Shown here piece by piece: positions 18,623-26,696 of a DNA stretch of 29,630 nt. The first letter of the stretch is position 1, and each line of letters begins with the position of its first letter. The stretch comes from Promethearchaeia archaeon (GTDB lineage Archaea > Asgardarchaeota > Lokiarchaeia > Sigyniarchaeales > SOKP01): positions 1-29,630 of the forward strand of contig JAWOFX010000135.1 of NCBI GenBank assembly GCA_046497275.1, written 5' to 3'. The position numbers and the translations under genes were made by a program. The notes beneath the pieces were generated by a model, which saw only the letters and a program-made list of their open reading frames with translations, had not been told where the DNA came from and made no database searches.

Positions 18623-19222
18623 CTACCCTGTCAAATTTACTAATTCAGCGCCACGTACATCGAAATTCTTATCAATAAAGATAAGAACAGCGTGACCTGC
18701 GTGATTATATACAATGGGAACTGGAAAATCTTCCGAATTTTCTATGAAAGATCTCTTCACATATACATGTAATACTTTTTTACAAACACGACAATAAACT
18801 GAAATCTTTTTTACAAGATCTAATTCGTTTAAATTGTCCAGTATATTCTCTATAGTATTGTTAAAATCTCTAAAAATATTTGATGATACGTTTTCAAAAG
18901 AGAGAATTACATCGATATCATAAATCTCTTTAAATTTTTTATCCACATATTCTAAAAGTGCTTCCATTAGCTGAAATTGTACATCTGTTTTTGCTCCTAT
19001 AGAATATATAAGATAATCTTTTTTAATATGAGCAATTTTACTATTTCCCTTGAAAATATGAAAGAAAACATCCTCAGCAGCGTTTTCCTTTACAATATTT
19101 AAATCAAGAATGTAACTTTTAAAAGATCTAAAGGGTTTCCATTCTACCAAAGACAACTCATCAGTACTTATATTTATAAAGTTGAGTTTTTCCTTAATAT
19201 TATCAAAATTTGTCTTAAGCAT
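18623..19222 (-). CDS. longin-like domain protein with a C-terminal CxxC/HxxH module
   Basis: LIYSIGAK...QLMEALLEYVDKKFKEIY...IFRDFNNTIENIL fits the longin C-terminal strand/helices, followed by CRVC and HAGH. Confidence 0.55.
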   Translation of the reverse strand: MLKTNFDNIKEKLNFINISTDELSLVEWKPFRSFKSYILDLNIVKENAAEDVFFHIFKGNSKIAHIKKDYLIYSIGAKTDVQFQLMEALLEYVDKKFKEIYDIDVILSFENVSSNIFRDFNNTIENILDNLNELDLVKKISVYCRVCKKVLHVYVKRSFIENSEDFPVPIVYNHAGHAVLIFIDKNFDVRGAELVNLTG

Positions 19223-19467
19223 TGATATAAGATAATAATACTTTAAATTATAACACTTTTAGATTTATGTGTTAATTTCTCATTCTACTTTTAGGTATGT
19301 TAACCATTTAAGGACTCTTAGGTTTATAAATAAATTTTATTATTTATATTTTTATTTGAAAATAATTAATAATAAGCGATTTATATTGGATTAATTATTA
19401 AATTAATTTAAAAATCTTATATTTTAATTGAAGAGAAATCTTAAATTCTATATTAAAGTGGGGAATT

Positions 19468-20310
19468 TTGGATAAGAAAAACATAAAAAAGGAAGTCAAT
19501 ACATTTCTTGGAACACATAGAAATAAAAAATTTGAAAATCTCAAATTCTCAATCATATTAGTTCAGCCTGAGAATATGGGAAACATTGGATCCATTGCTA
19601 GAATTATGAAAAATTTTGAGTTTGATGACCTCATCATATTCAATCCTATTGAAACGATTGATAATATTTTAAGTTATGAAGCTCAAGGATATGCGATGCA
19701 TGGAAAAGATATCCTTCTCAATGCGAATATAATTGAGATTGACAATCAAAACAAACATATCGAATTGTTAAGGAATTATTTGAACAATTTTGATCTCGTA
19801 ATAGGAACTACCGCAAAAGGGAAAAGATATACAAACCTTAACAGGTTAGCGATATTTTTAGATGATTTTTCGCTTCCTATTTCAGAGAAACCTCTTAAAA
19901 TCGCAATATTATTTGGAAAGGAATCAAGAGGATTAACAAATCAAGAAGCAGAGATTTCGGATATATTATTAAGAATTCCTGCGAGCGATTCTTATTCGAC
20001 CTTAAATCTTTCTCATGCGTGCGGAATTATTTTATATGAATTCTATAAAAAACTCCATGTAATTACTATGGGCAGAGGAGAAAACCCTATACTTTTAGCA
20101 GAAAGAAGTGATAGGAAAATTCTCTATAACTACATTAAAAAACTAATAAAGAAATTGAAAATACGTAATTATCGAAAAAAAAATGCGCTTTATGCCTTTA
20201 AGAATGTATTTGAAAGAGCATTGATGTCGAAAAAAGAACTGAGTATGATCCTTGGATTTTTTTCAAAAACTTATACTCTCCTTAAAGATAAAAATTTATT
20301 TGATGAGTAA
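19468..20310 (+). CDS. trmJ: tRNA (cytidine/uridine-2'-O)-methyltransferase, TrmJ/SpoU family
   Basis: LVQPENMGNIGSIARIMKNF, FGKESRGLTN and LNLSHA SPOUT motifs. Confidence 0.88.
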   Translation: MDKKNIKKEVNTFLGTHRNKKFENLKFSIILVQPENMGNIGSIARIMKNFEFDDLIIFNPIETIDNILSYEAQGYAMHGKDILLNANIIEIDNQNKHIELLRNYLNNFDLVIGTTAKGKRYTNLNRLAIFLDDFSLPISEKPLKIAILFGKESRGLTNQEAEISDILLRIPASDSYSTLNLSHACGIILYEFYKKLHVITMGRGENPILLAERSDRKILYNYIKKLIKKLKIRNYRKKNALYAFKNVFERALMSKKELSMILGFFSKTYTLLKDKNLFDE

Positions 20311-20515
20311 ATAGAAAGATATTGAATATTATTTTTTAATTTCTTTTAATTATCCTTTAAATATTTGCTATCCTATTTTTTTTTTTGGTTAAAATCATTA
20401 GAGAGCAAAAATTTTTATACCTATGTTATAATTATTTTCATAGGTAGATTAAGGGTTTTCATTATATCAGAGGAACTTAAAAATTTTAATTTAAATAGAC
20501 TTAGGTGAAATTTAT

Positions 20516-21154
20516 ATGAATAAAAATGAGAAATTTCAAATGAATGAATTTATTAAACCAGCATCAACAGCTTTATATTCACTTATCCCCATACTCATTG
20601 GGATAAGTTTTATATTTTATTCACTTTCTCAATATCCAGATTATTCAATGATTGAATTCTATGTATCTCAATTAGGAACTGGTCCAAAACCTAGTGCTCA
20701 ATTTTTTAATGTAGGTGTTATCATAATCGGTGCTGCATCTGTTCATTTTTTTATACATCTCGGAAAATTGTTAAAAGCGAACGGAATTGATGAGATCATA
20801 CGAAAAATAGCTGTAAGAATCTCAATTTTCGGCGGAATTTCTCTTTCATTAATTGGATGTTTTCCAATGTTTGGAACCCTTCTAATAATGCATAATATCG
20901 TCTCCTCATCATTCTTTTTGAGTGGGATGATTTATTTTATCCTGTTTAGTTATCTTATGATTAAAAGTCAAAATTTCTCTAAATATCAATCAATTCTTGG
21001 GTTTCTTGTAGCTGGTGTATTTGGTACTTATTTATTCACGGGTCACCCCGCAATTGAATGGAGCGTAGTATTTTCTGCTTTTGCTTGGGTTATACTAAAT
21101 GCAGGCTGGTTAGCTTTCAAAAATCTGAAGATTTTTTTAATAACTAAAATATAA
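20516..21154 (+). CDS. integral membrane protein, DUF998-like
   Basis: About 6 TM segments with SQLGTG, FNVG, GCFP and a conserved-looking His. GGTGA lies 7 nt upstream of the ATG. Confidence 0.7.
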   Translation: MNKNEKFQMNEFIKPASTALYSLIPILIGISFIFYSLSQYPDYSMIEFYVSQLGTGPKPSAQFFNVGVIIIGAASVHFFIHLGKLLKANGIDEIIRKIAVRISIFGGISLSLIGCFPMFGTLLIMHNIVSSSFFLSGMIYFILFSYLMIKSQNFSKYQSILGFLVAGVFGTYLFTGHPAIEWSVVFSAFAWVILNAGWLAFKNLKIFLITKI

Positions 21155-21208
21155 AACATGCTTTTATTCTTAATTCTATAATAAGAAATAAAAATTGAGA
21201 AAGAGAGT

Positions 21209-21850
21209 TTAAATAAAATATTTTTCTTGTAGATTTACATATTGTGTATAGTTTATGAGTTGATTTTCTACGAGATTCTCTATAAGCTCATAAAATTGTC
21301 GAAATAATTCTTCTGGAAATAAGTTCATTTCGAAAATGATTTCTCCTACAATCTCTTCACTAAGTATTTGAGGATTAATTGCCTGATGATATAGCATAAA
21401 ATTCATCATCGCGTCCTCCACTTTTGTTTTAATCACTTTTTTTAGGAGATTAAATTTTATGTCTTTTTTTGGATTGAGAAAATAAGGATAATTCATATCG
21501 TCTAAAATCTTTACATAATTTAATGTTGAGATAATTTCATTTACGCAGTAATCAAGTGAACTTTCTTTCATTCCAAATATTTCGCAGAAGTCTTTTTTAG
21601 ATTGATGAGCAGGAAAAGCCATTGGATGTCGAGAGTTAATATAATAGGCAGCAATGAAATATTTGAATAAATTCTGTGGAAATTTTCCTCTCTTTCTGAC
21701 ATATTTATAGATAATAGAAACTGTATCTACTACTAATTCTTGATTTATGTCAAACTGGCGCAAGAATTCTTCCCCCTGTTTTATTAAATCAATAGTGACC
21801 CGATCTTTCGTATTAAATACTTCTTGAGTATAGGGTATTAGTTCAAGCAT
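21209..21850 (-). CDS. cyclin/TFIIB-repeat-like fold protein
   Basis: FIAAYYINSR...SKKDFCEIFGMKESSLDYCVNEI resembles the TFB cyclin-box helices. ATG 21850 preferred over GTG 21859. Confidence 0.55.
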   Translation of the reverse strand: MLELIPYTQEVFNTKDRVTIDLIKQGEEFLRQFDINQELVVDTVSIIYKYVRKRGKFPQNLFKYFIAAYYINSRHPMAFPAHQSKKDFCEIFGMKESSLDYCVNEIISTLNYVKILDDMNYPYFLNPKKDIKFNLLKKVIKTKVEDAMMNFMLYHQAINPQILSEEIVGEIIFEMNLFPEELFRQFYELIENLVENQLINYTQYVNLQEKYFI

Positions 21851-21956
21851 TTTACACACACACTCTTTTTTTTGAATTTTTTTCGAGATTTTTTTTGTTG
21901 TAATTTCTCGATATTATTCTAATAATACACATATAACACTAATTATATTTAAATGT

Positions 21957-21982
21957 GATGCAAGAAGATGCAAAATGATGCA
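21957..21982. repeat. three GATGCA direct repeats at exact 10-bp spacing
   Basis: GATGCA at 21957, 21967 and 21977, in a divergent intergenic region. Confidence 0.8.
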
Positions 21983-22053
21983 TTTTTCGTAAAATTTAAA
22001 TACTTATACTTTTAACTTTTTAATAGACGAGTAAAAATTTTGAATAGTTAAAA

Positions 22054-22506
22054 ATGGGGTCTTCAAGCGATAAAGTTCGGATCACTGTAAATCTTGATAT
22101 AATTGATTATAAGATAATTGAGACCCTAAATGGAGTAATCGCCAATAGTGATGCCGGTGTTATACACCAAATGATTCGAGAATGGATTAACCAAAATTCA
22201 GATCGAATGATGAACACTTGGGACATAGATCTAGGCGCTCTAAGAAGGGAAGTTATAGCTGAGACAAAAGGAGTTTCCATAAAGAAAGAGTTAGAAGAGA
22301 TAGAGCAACAAATTATGGAAGAACTACCTAAAATTTTCGATTCTATTGAAGAAATAAGTGCTAAAGAAGCGGCTGAATTCTTGGAAGTTAATCCTAAAAC
22401 TCTAAAGAAAATTATATTCGTCCATAACCAAGAATTAGAAGATAAAGGGTTAAAATTAAGTTATAAAGATGGCATTATCATCAATAGAAATTTAAAATTT
22501 GAATAA
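22054..22506 (+). CDS. putative DNA-binding protein (RHH-like N-terminus, HTH-like C-terminus)
   Basis: VRITVNLDIIDYKIIETL...SDAGVIHQMIREWI (RHH-like) and ISAKEAAEFLEVNPKTLKK (HTH-like). Confidence 0.65.
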   Translation: MGSSSDKVRITVNLDIIDYKIIETLNGVIANSDAGVIHQMIREWINQNSDRMMNTWDIDLGALRREVIAETKGVSIKKELEEIEQQIMEELPKIFDSIEEISAKEAAEFLEVNPKTLKKIIFVHNQELEDKGLKLSYKDGIIINRNLKFE

Positions 22507-22562
22507 AATCTTAAGGGGTTGAGAAATTGAGTTCAAACTCAATTAAATCTAATAATCAAAAT

Positions 22563-22745
22563 ATGGAAAGTAGGTCGTATGCTGTAAGTCTGAATTCTGA
22601 TAGATTTAATTATTCAAAGCTAATTATTCCCTTTTCAAAATTTATTACAAATCGAACTATTTATAGTGAATCAAATAATTTTCAAAACTCTCCTGATAAA
22701 AAGGATATTGATATAAAGACCATTTTAAAAGGAGAACTAAAATAG
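22563..22745 (+). CDS. small protein, paralogous to 23937-24122
   Basis: Shares the MES start and NYSKxxIPFSKF with the second copy, with synonymous codon differences between them. Confidence 0.5.
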   Translation: MESRSYAVSLNSDRFNYSKLIIPFSKFITNRTIYSESNNFQNSPDKKDIDIKTILKGELK

Positions 22746-22998
22746 CTTATTTGTTATTAGTGTGAATAATTAAGTTCAGGGCATTTTTAGAACCAAAACC
22801 ACATTTTAATATTTCAAACTATATTATATCGTTTTCTCAATTAAAATCTAATACCAAAATCAATGGAAATCAGAGAATGAAAGGTTTTAAGAAATTATAA
22901 TATCTTGAAAAAATCCACAAAAGTAGATGATCTTGTAAAGCTGAACTCGGATGATTTATATTAAACACTATTCTAAAGAAATTCAATATATAGACTAT

Positions 22999-23409
22999 TT
23001 ATTTTAATTTAGACTCCACTAAATTAATTACTTTCCTAGCAAGCAACATAGCCTCTTCAGCTTCTTTGGGATCATCAAAAAAGCGAGATGGAATCCCTCC
23101 AGGTAATCCGTTTGGATAGCGAGTTGGTATATAATATTGGTCAAGTTTTTTAGTAACACTAATTTCTTTAAAATCTATATCAACCTCAATTGCCATTTTC
23201 GATAAATCTGCGATTGAGTGAGTATAAAAAACTTCCCGCGATTTTAATTCTTGATATAAAAACGCTTTTAAAGCTTTTTCAGCAGCCTGCTGAAAATGAA
23301 ATAATGCAAGATAAAACTTTTTTAGTTTCCTTAAATCATTTGCATCGTTAAATTCATCTGATGCTTGGGTAAACCATCTTAAAGCTTCTTCTTTATGATT
23401 ACGCTTCAT
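22999..23409 (-). CDS. HEPN domain protein (THS/RYP type)
   Basis: FHFQQAAEKALKA, YTHSI and YIPTRYP motifs. Overlaps the upstream nucleotidyltransferase gene. Confidence 0.9.
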   Translation of the reverse strand: MKRNHKEEALRWFTQASDEFNDANDLRKLKKFYLALFHFQQAAEKALKAFLYQELKSREVFYTHSIADLSKMAIEVDIDFKEISVTKKLDQYYIPTRYPNGLPGGIPSRFFDDPKEAEEAMLLARKVINLVESKLK

Positions 23410-23749
23410 AAATAACTTTACCTGTGTTGTTTATTTCGATTAGAAATGAATTACTAACTAAATTTCTATTAAACTCCTTTTCATTGTACACAAGGATATC
23501 AGAAGCTATGTCTCGATTAATATTTGTATAAATAAAATCCATCCATTCTTTTCCACTTTTATAAGAAGGCATAACGACAAGTAAATCTAGATCACTATAA
23601 CTATCAATGGTTCCATTATTTAAAGATCCAAATAATATAATTTTAAGCGCTCCGAAATTGATTAATTGAGACTTTATCGATTCTAGAGCAGCTTCCAATC
23701 TTCTTTTGCGTTTTCTCCTTCGCTTAATAATTTCTTGTACTCTAGACAC
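23399..23749 (-). CDS. minimal nucleotidyltransferase (MNT)
   Basis: LFGSLNNGTIDSYSDLDLLVV (GS-x10-DxD) and a third acidic residue in DILVY. Confidence 0.92.
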   Translation of the reverse strand: MSRVQEIIKRRRKRKRRLEAALESIKSQLINFGALKIILFGSLNNGTIDSYSDLDLLVVMPSYKSGKEWMDFIYTNINRDIASDILVYNEKEFNRNLVSNSFLIEINNTGKVIYEA

Positions 23750-23834
23750 ATTTTACACCCGAATCTTCTATATAGAAATATTATCAACTAAACCTAATAA
23801 ATAAAATGTATAAATAAATTTAAGCAACAGTATA

Positions 23835-23885
23835 GAACTACAAAAAATGGGACTAAAATTAATTTACAAGGATGGAAAATTCTAT
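23835..23885 (+). pseudogene. C-terminal remnant of a paralog of the 22054-22506 gene
   Basis: Translates ELQKMGLKLIYKDG, against ELEDKGLKLSYKDG at 22432-22473. An in-frame stop at 23811 removes the rest of the gene. Confidence 0.6.
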
Positions 23886-23936
23886 CCTACTTAATAGAGA
23901 ATTTCAAAGGGGCTTTCTATAATAGAGGTTAATCTA

Positions 23937-24122
23937 ATGGAAAGTAAATATAAAAAAGAACAAATGATTTTTTTAAACTCATACGATAATTCTTTCAACT
24001 ATAATTATTCTAAAATCTTTATTCCCTTTTCAAAATTTAAAAAATTTTATTCTGAAGAAACTAAATATTATTCAAAAGAAATCGAAAAAAATAAGAGAGA
24101 GAAAAAATCATATCAATATTAA
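23937..24122 (+). CDS. small protein, paralogous to 22563-22745, possibly frameshifted near its C-terminus
   Basis: Carries NYSKIFIPFSKF. The tail matching copy 1 (ILKGEL) appears as ILKREL in a shifted frame past the stop. Confidence 0.45.
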   Translation: MESKYKKEQMIFLNSYDNSFNYNYSKIFIPFSKFKKFYSEETKYYSKEIEKNKREKKSYQY

Positions 24123-24155
24123 AAAGAGAATTAATAGATTAGGAAATCTAGAAAA

Positions 24156-24987
24156 TTGAGCAAAAAAAAGTTCCAAAAAGAATTTTTTATTAATGAGTTC
24201 CTAAGTGTGAAACTTGTTGATGATAAGATTGTCTTATATGTAGGAGACTCTCCATTTCGTCAATGCAAATACTTGCTCTTGATAAACCCCCCAAAATAAT
24301 CCTAAATAAAAGGATATTAAATCCATAGATGAGGCGGAACAGCAGTTATCATCTGATTTGGAAGAAAGCTTAAAACCCATCGACTTAGCGATTTCTCCGG
24401 AAGAGAAATTTTGGGGACATTGCTCTAACCTACAAGCATGGGTAGAAAACGATTATGATACACGACTAATCAATAAGAATTTAGCTTTTCCATTATTACA
24501 TGAATTAGCAAAGCGATCGAGTAAGATGAAGGAAATTCTCAGGCGCGAAATATCAAGAAGAATTCGAGAGGAAAATATACCAGTAGTAAGATTTTTAATT
24601 GTCAACGGCCTGGATGGATATTTATCTGAGGAAGAAATAATAGACGCAACCTTAATAACGGAAGAAGCGATAATTATAAGAGAATTAAGGGTTGAGCGTA
24701 ATCTAGATCTTACACCATCCCTTCGTGAAGATGTGAGAAATAGTTTCTGCACGAAAAAAAACAGGGTAATAAAATTAAATCTGAAGAACTCGAATTTAAG
24801 TGAAATTCCAGAGAGTATTAAAAATTTAAATTCTTTAGAATTTTTAGATCTTAGTTGCAACCAAATATCCTCAGTACCTAAATGGTTATTAGAAATGCCA
24901 AAATTAAGAAGAGTCGTCTTAACCCAGAATCCGATTAATTTTAATGCCAAACAGCATAAAGGGAAAGAAACTATAATAATAATTTAA
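24156..24987 (+). pseudogene. disrupted Lokiarchaeia-type leucine-rich-repeat protein
   Basis: The 5' part (24156-24299: EFFINEFLSVKL...FRQCKYLLLINP) and the 3' part (KSIDEAE...FWGHCSNLQAW...NLAFPLL...LRRs) are in different frames, separated by a C6 run and an extra in-frame TAA at 24307. Confidence 0.75.
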
Positions 24988-25111
24988 AAAGAACATTTAA
25001 ACATCAAAACTCTATTGGTTTTTTAAACACAATTTAAAGATTCTATTAAAATATATGATCGAAAGTTTTTTTCTGGGAAAAATAGAAATCTCAAGGAGTT
25101 AGGGAAATTCT

Positions 25112-25522
25112 CTAAGATATATTTGTTGGTAAGATCCCCTTGAAATGATGATCAAATGTTCCCAGAAATTTGCATCCTAAACGATTATATAAAGCAATTA
25201 TGGTACAATCAGTAAAAGATAATCGTTTATTCCCATATTTTTTAAAAAATTCCCATGCTTTTTTAAAATCCTCTTTAGTTACTTCAATTAGATTAATACG
25301 GGGACTTGAAAGGAGATATGAACCCATATCCTTTGCAAATTTAATATTTTTTAATCTAACTAAAGCTAAAGTGACAACTTCATCAAAAACAAAAGTAGAT
25401 GTGTAAATTTCTCCAAACTCATTCTTTAAAAAGCGTTTCATCCATGATTGAGCTGGATTAAAGTTCTTATCATCATTATTTTTCAGAGCTATTAAAAAAC
25501 CTGTATCAAGAAAAACTCCCAT
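25112..25522 (-). CDS. vapC: PIN-domain ribonuclease toxin (VapC)
   Basis: FLDTG, FDEV, SFTDC and TFD acidic catalytic residues. The true start is ATG 25522 (MGVFLDTG), 1 nt after the antitoxin stop. Confidence 0.92.
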   Translation of the reverse strand: MGVFLDTGFLIALKNNDDKNFNPAQSWMKRFLKNEFGEIYTSTFVFDEVVTLALVRLKNIKFAKDMGSYLLSSPRINLIEVTKEDFKKAWEFFKKYGNKRLSFTDCTIIALYNRLGCKFLGTFDHHFKGILPTNIS

Positions 25523-25523
25523 A

Positions 25524-25799
25524 TTATGAATCCTCATCCATGTCATATAAATAATAATCCACATTTTCTGATAAATCTGAAATTCCCAATGAGAAGGTTT
25601 TTTCTAATCCTATCCAGGCGGGATCCTCTTCTAATGGAGGTAATTTCTCAGAAACTTTTAATCCCTCAGATGATGCCGCATTTTCAATTAATTTACCCAC
25701 TAACTTTTTTTTAGAAATCTTTTCTCCCTTTAGTGTCAAATACGCAATTAATTTATCTAAAAGTTTTGCGTGTTCTTTATCAATTCGGATAGTGCTAAT
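25524..25799 (-). CDS. VapB-like antitoxin with an RHH-like N-terminus
   Basis: The frame extends beyond the track start as STIRIDKEHAKLLDKLIAYL. The C-terminus DLSENVDYYLY is typical of VapB partners. The only plausible start is ATT 25799. Confidence 0.7.
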   Translation of the reverse strand: MSTIRIDKEHAKLLDKLIAYLTLKGEKISKKKLVGKLIENAASSEGLKVSEKLPPLEEDPAWIGLEKTFSLGISDLSENVDYYLYDMDEDS

Positions 25800-25836
25800 T
25801 TTAGTTCACCCAATAGGATAATTTTTATATAATCTG

Positions 25837-25856
25837 TATACTTTTACACAAGTATA
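25837..25856. promoter_or_regulatory. inverted repeat upstream of vapBC (candidate autoregulatory operator)
   Basis: TATACTT-N6-AAGTATA. Confidence 0.5.
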
Positions 25857-25997
25857 AGAGTGAAATTAATATAAATAAATTTATGTTTCTTTTAATTCCA
25901 CAAGTTTTACGAATTAAGAAACTTAATTATCCTTTTATTTATTATATGGGTAAGGAGAGAAATTTATAATTTTCAAAATGAATAATGAATATATCAT

Positions 25998-26696
25998 TCA
26001 ATTTTTTAAGTTAATTATAATCAGATTTAGCATATCCTCTTTTATTTTATATTTACCCTTGAGATCTGTTTTTTTCAATATCTGATCTATTTCTTGTTTG
26101 GTATAACCCGCTAATATCGATGCTTTCCACCCATCTCTTATAATTTTAGGGATGGTATATTTTAAGATATGAAATTTTAATTTTGCGATAAACCCGAGAT
26201 TCCGTTTCCCATCTGTTATGCAAAAAACTCCATCTTGTTTTAAAACTCTATTTATTTCATTGAACGCCTTTTCAGGATGTATCCAATGATGGAGACTTGC
26301 ATTTGAAAAAACAACATCAAAAGAATTATCCCCAAACATATCCATATTTTCTGCATTTCCTTTGATATATTTAACTCTATTATGAACCTTTTCTTCATTT
26401 TTATTCTTATTTGCAACTTGAATCATATCTTCTGATAAATCCAGCCCAGTTATTTTAAGAGTAGGATTCATTTGTGCCATCCATATGCCGAGCCATCCTG
26501 GACCAGAGCCAATTTCTAAAACCTCTGAATAATTTTTTACATTAAGATCTTCAAGAATAAATCGAATAAGCTTTCGATATTTCTGTTCTAATTTAATGAT
26601 TATTGTACTGAAATCATTCATAGTTAAGCTATCATGATCTTCAAGAGCTTCCACTTCCACTTCTCTGGGAGGAGGAGATTTTGATATGAATTTCAA
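25998..26696 (-). CDS. class I SAM-dependent methyltransferase
   Basis: VLEIGSGPG, GLDLSEDM, GNAENM, SFDVV and LHHW...RVLKQDG motifs. Confidence 0.92.
   Translation of the reverse strand: MKFISKSPPPREVEVEALEDHDSLTMNDFSTIIIKLEQKYRKLIRFILEDLNVKNYSEVLEIGSGPGWLGIWMAQMNPTLKITGLDLSEDMIQVANKNKNEEKVHNRVKYIKGNAENMDMFGDNSFDVVFSNASLHHWIHPEKAFNEINRVLKQDGVFCITDGKRNLGFIAKLKFHILKYTIPKIIRDGWKASILAGYTKQEIDQILKKTDLKGKYKIKEDMLNLIIINLKN

Noticed and set aside
22608-24039. Possible CRISPR-like or attL/attR direct repeats flanking MNT-HEPN
   Set aside because: Only two copies, embedded in longer colinear paralogous coding sequence with synonymous changes. No integrase or spacer array.
24307-24309. In-frame stop as a possible recoding site (Sec/Pyl)
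   Set aside because: The codon is TAA, not TGA or TAG, and it is accompanied by a frameshift.
329-25714. Many short antisense/overlapping track ORFs (e.g. 329-517, 2492-2716, 3889-4855, 5668-5934, 14019-14885, 16810-17382, 24453-24950, 25170-25406)
   Set aside because: They are shadows of well-supported genes on the opposite strand, with S/F/L/I-biased low-complexity translations and no motifs.
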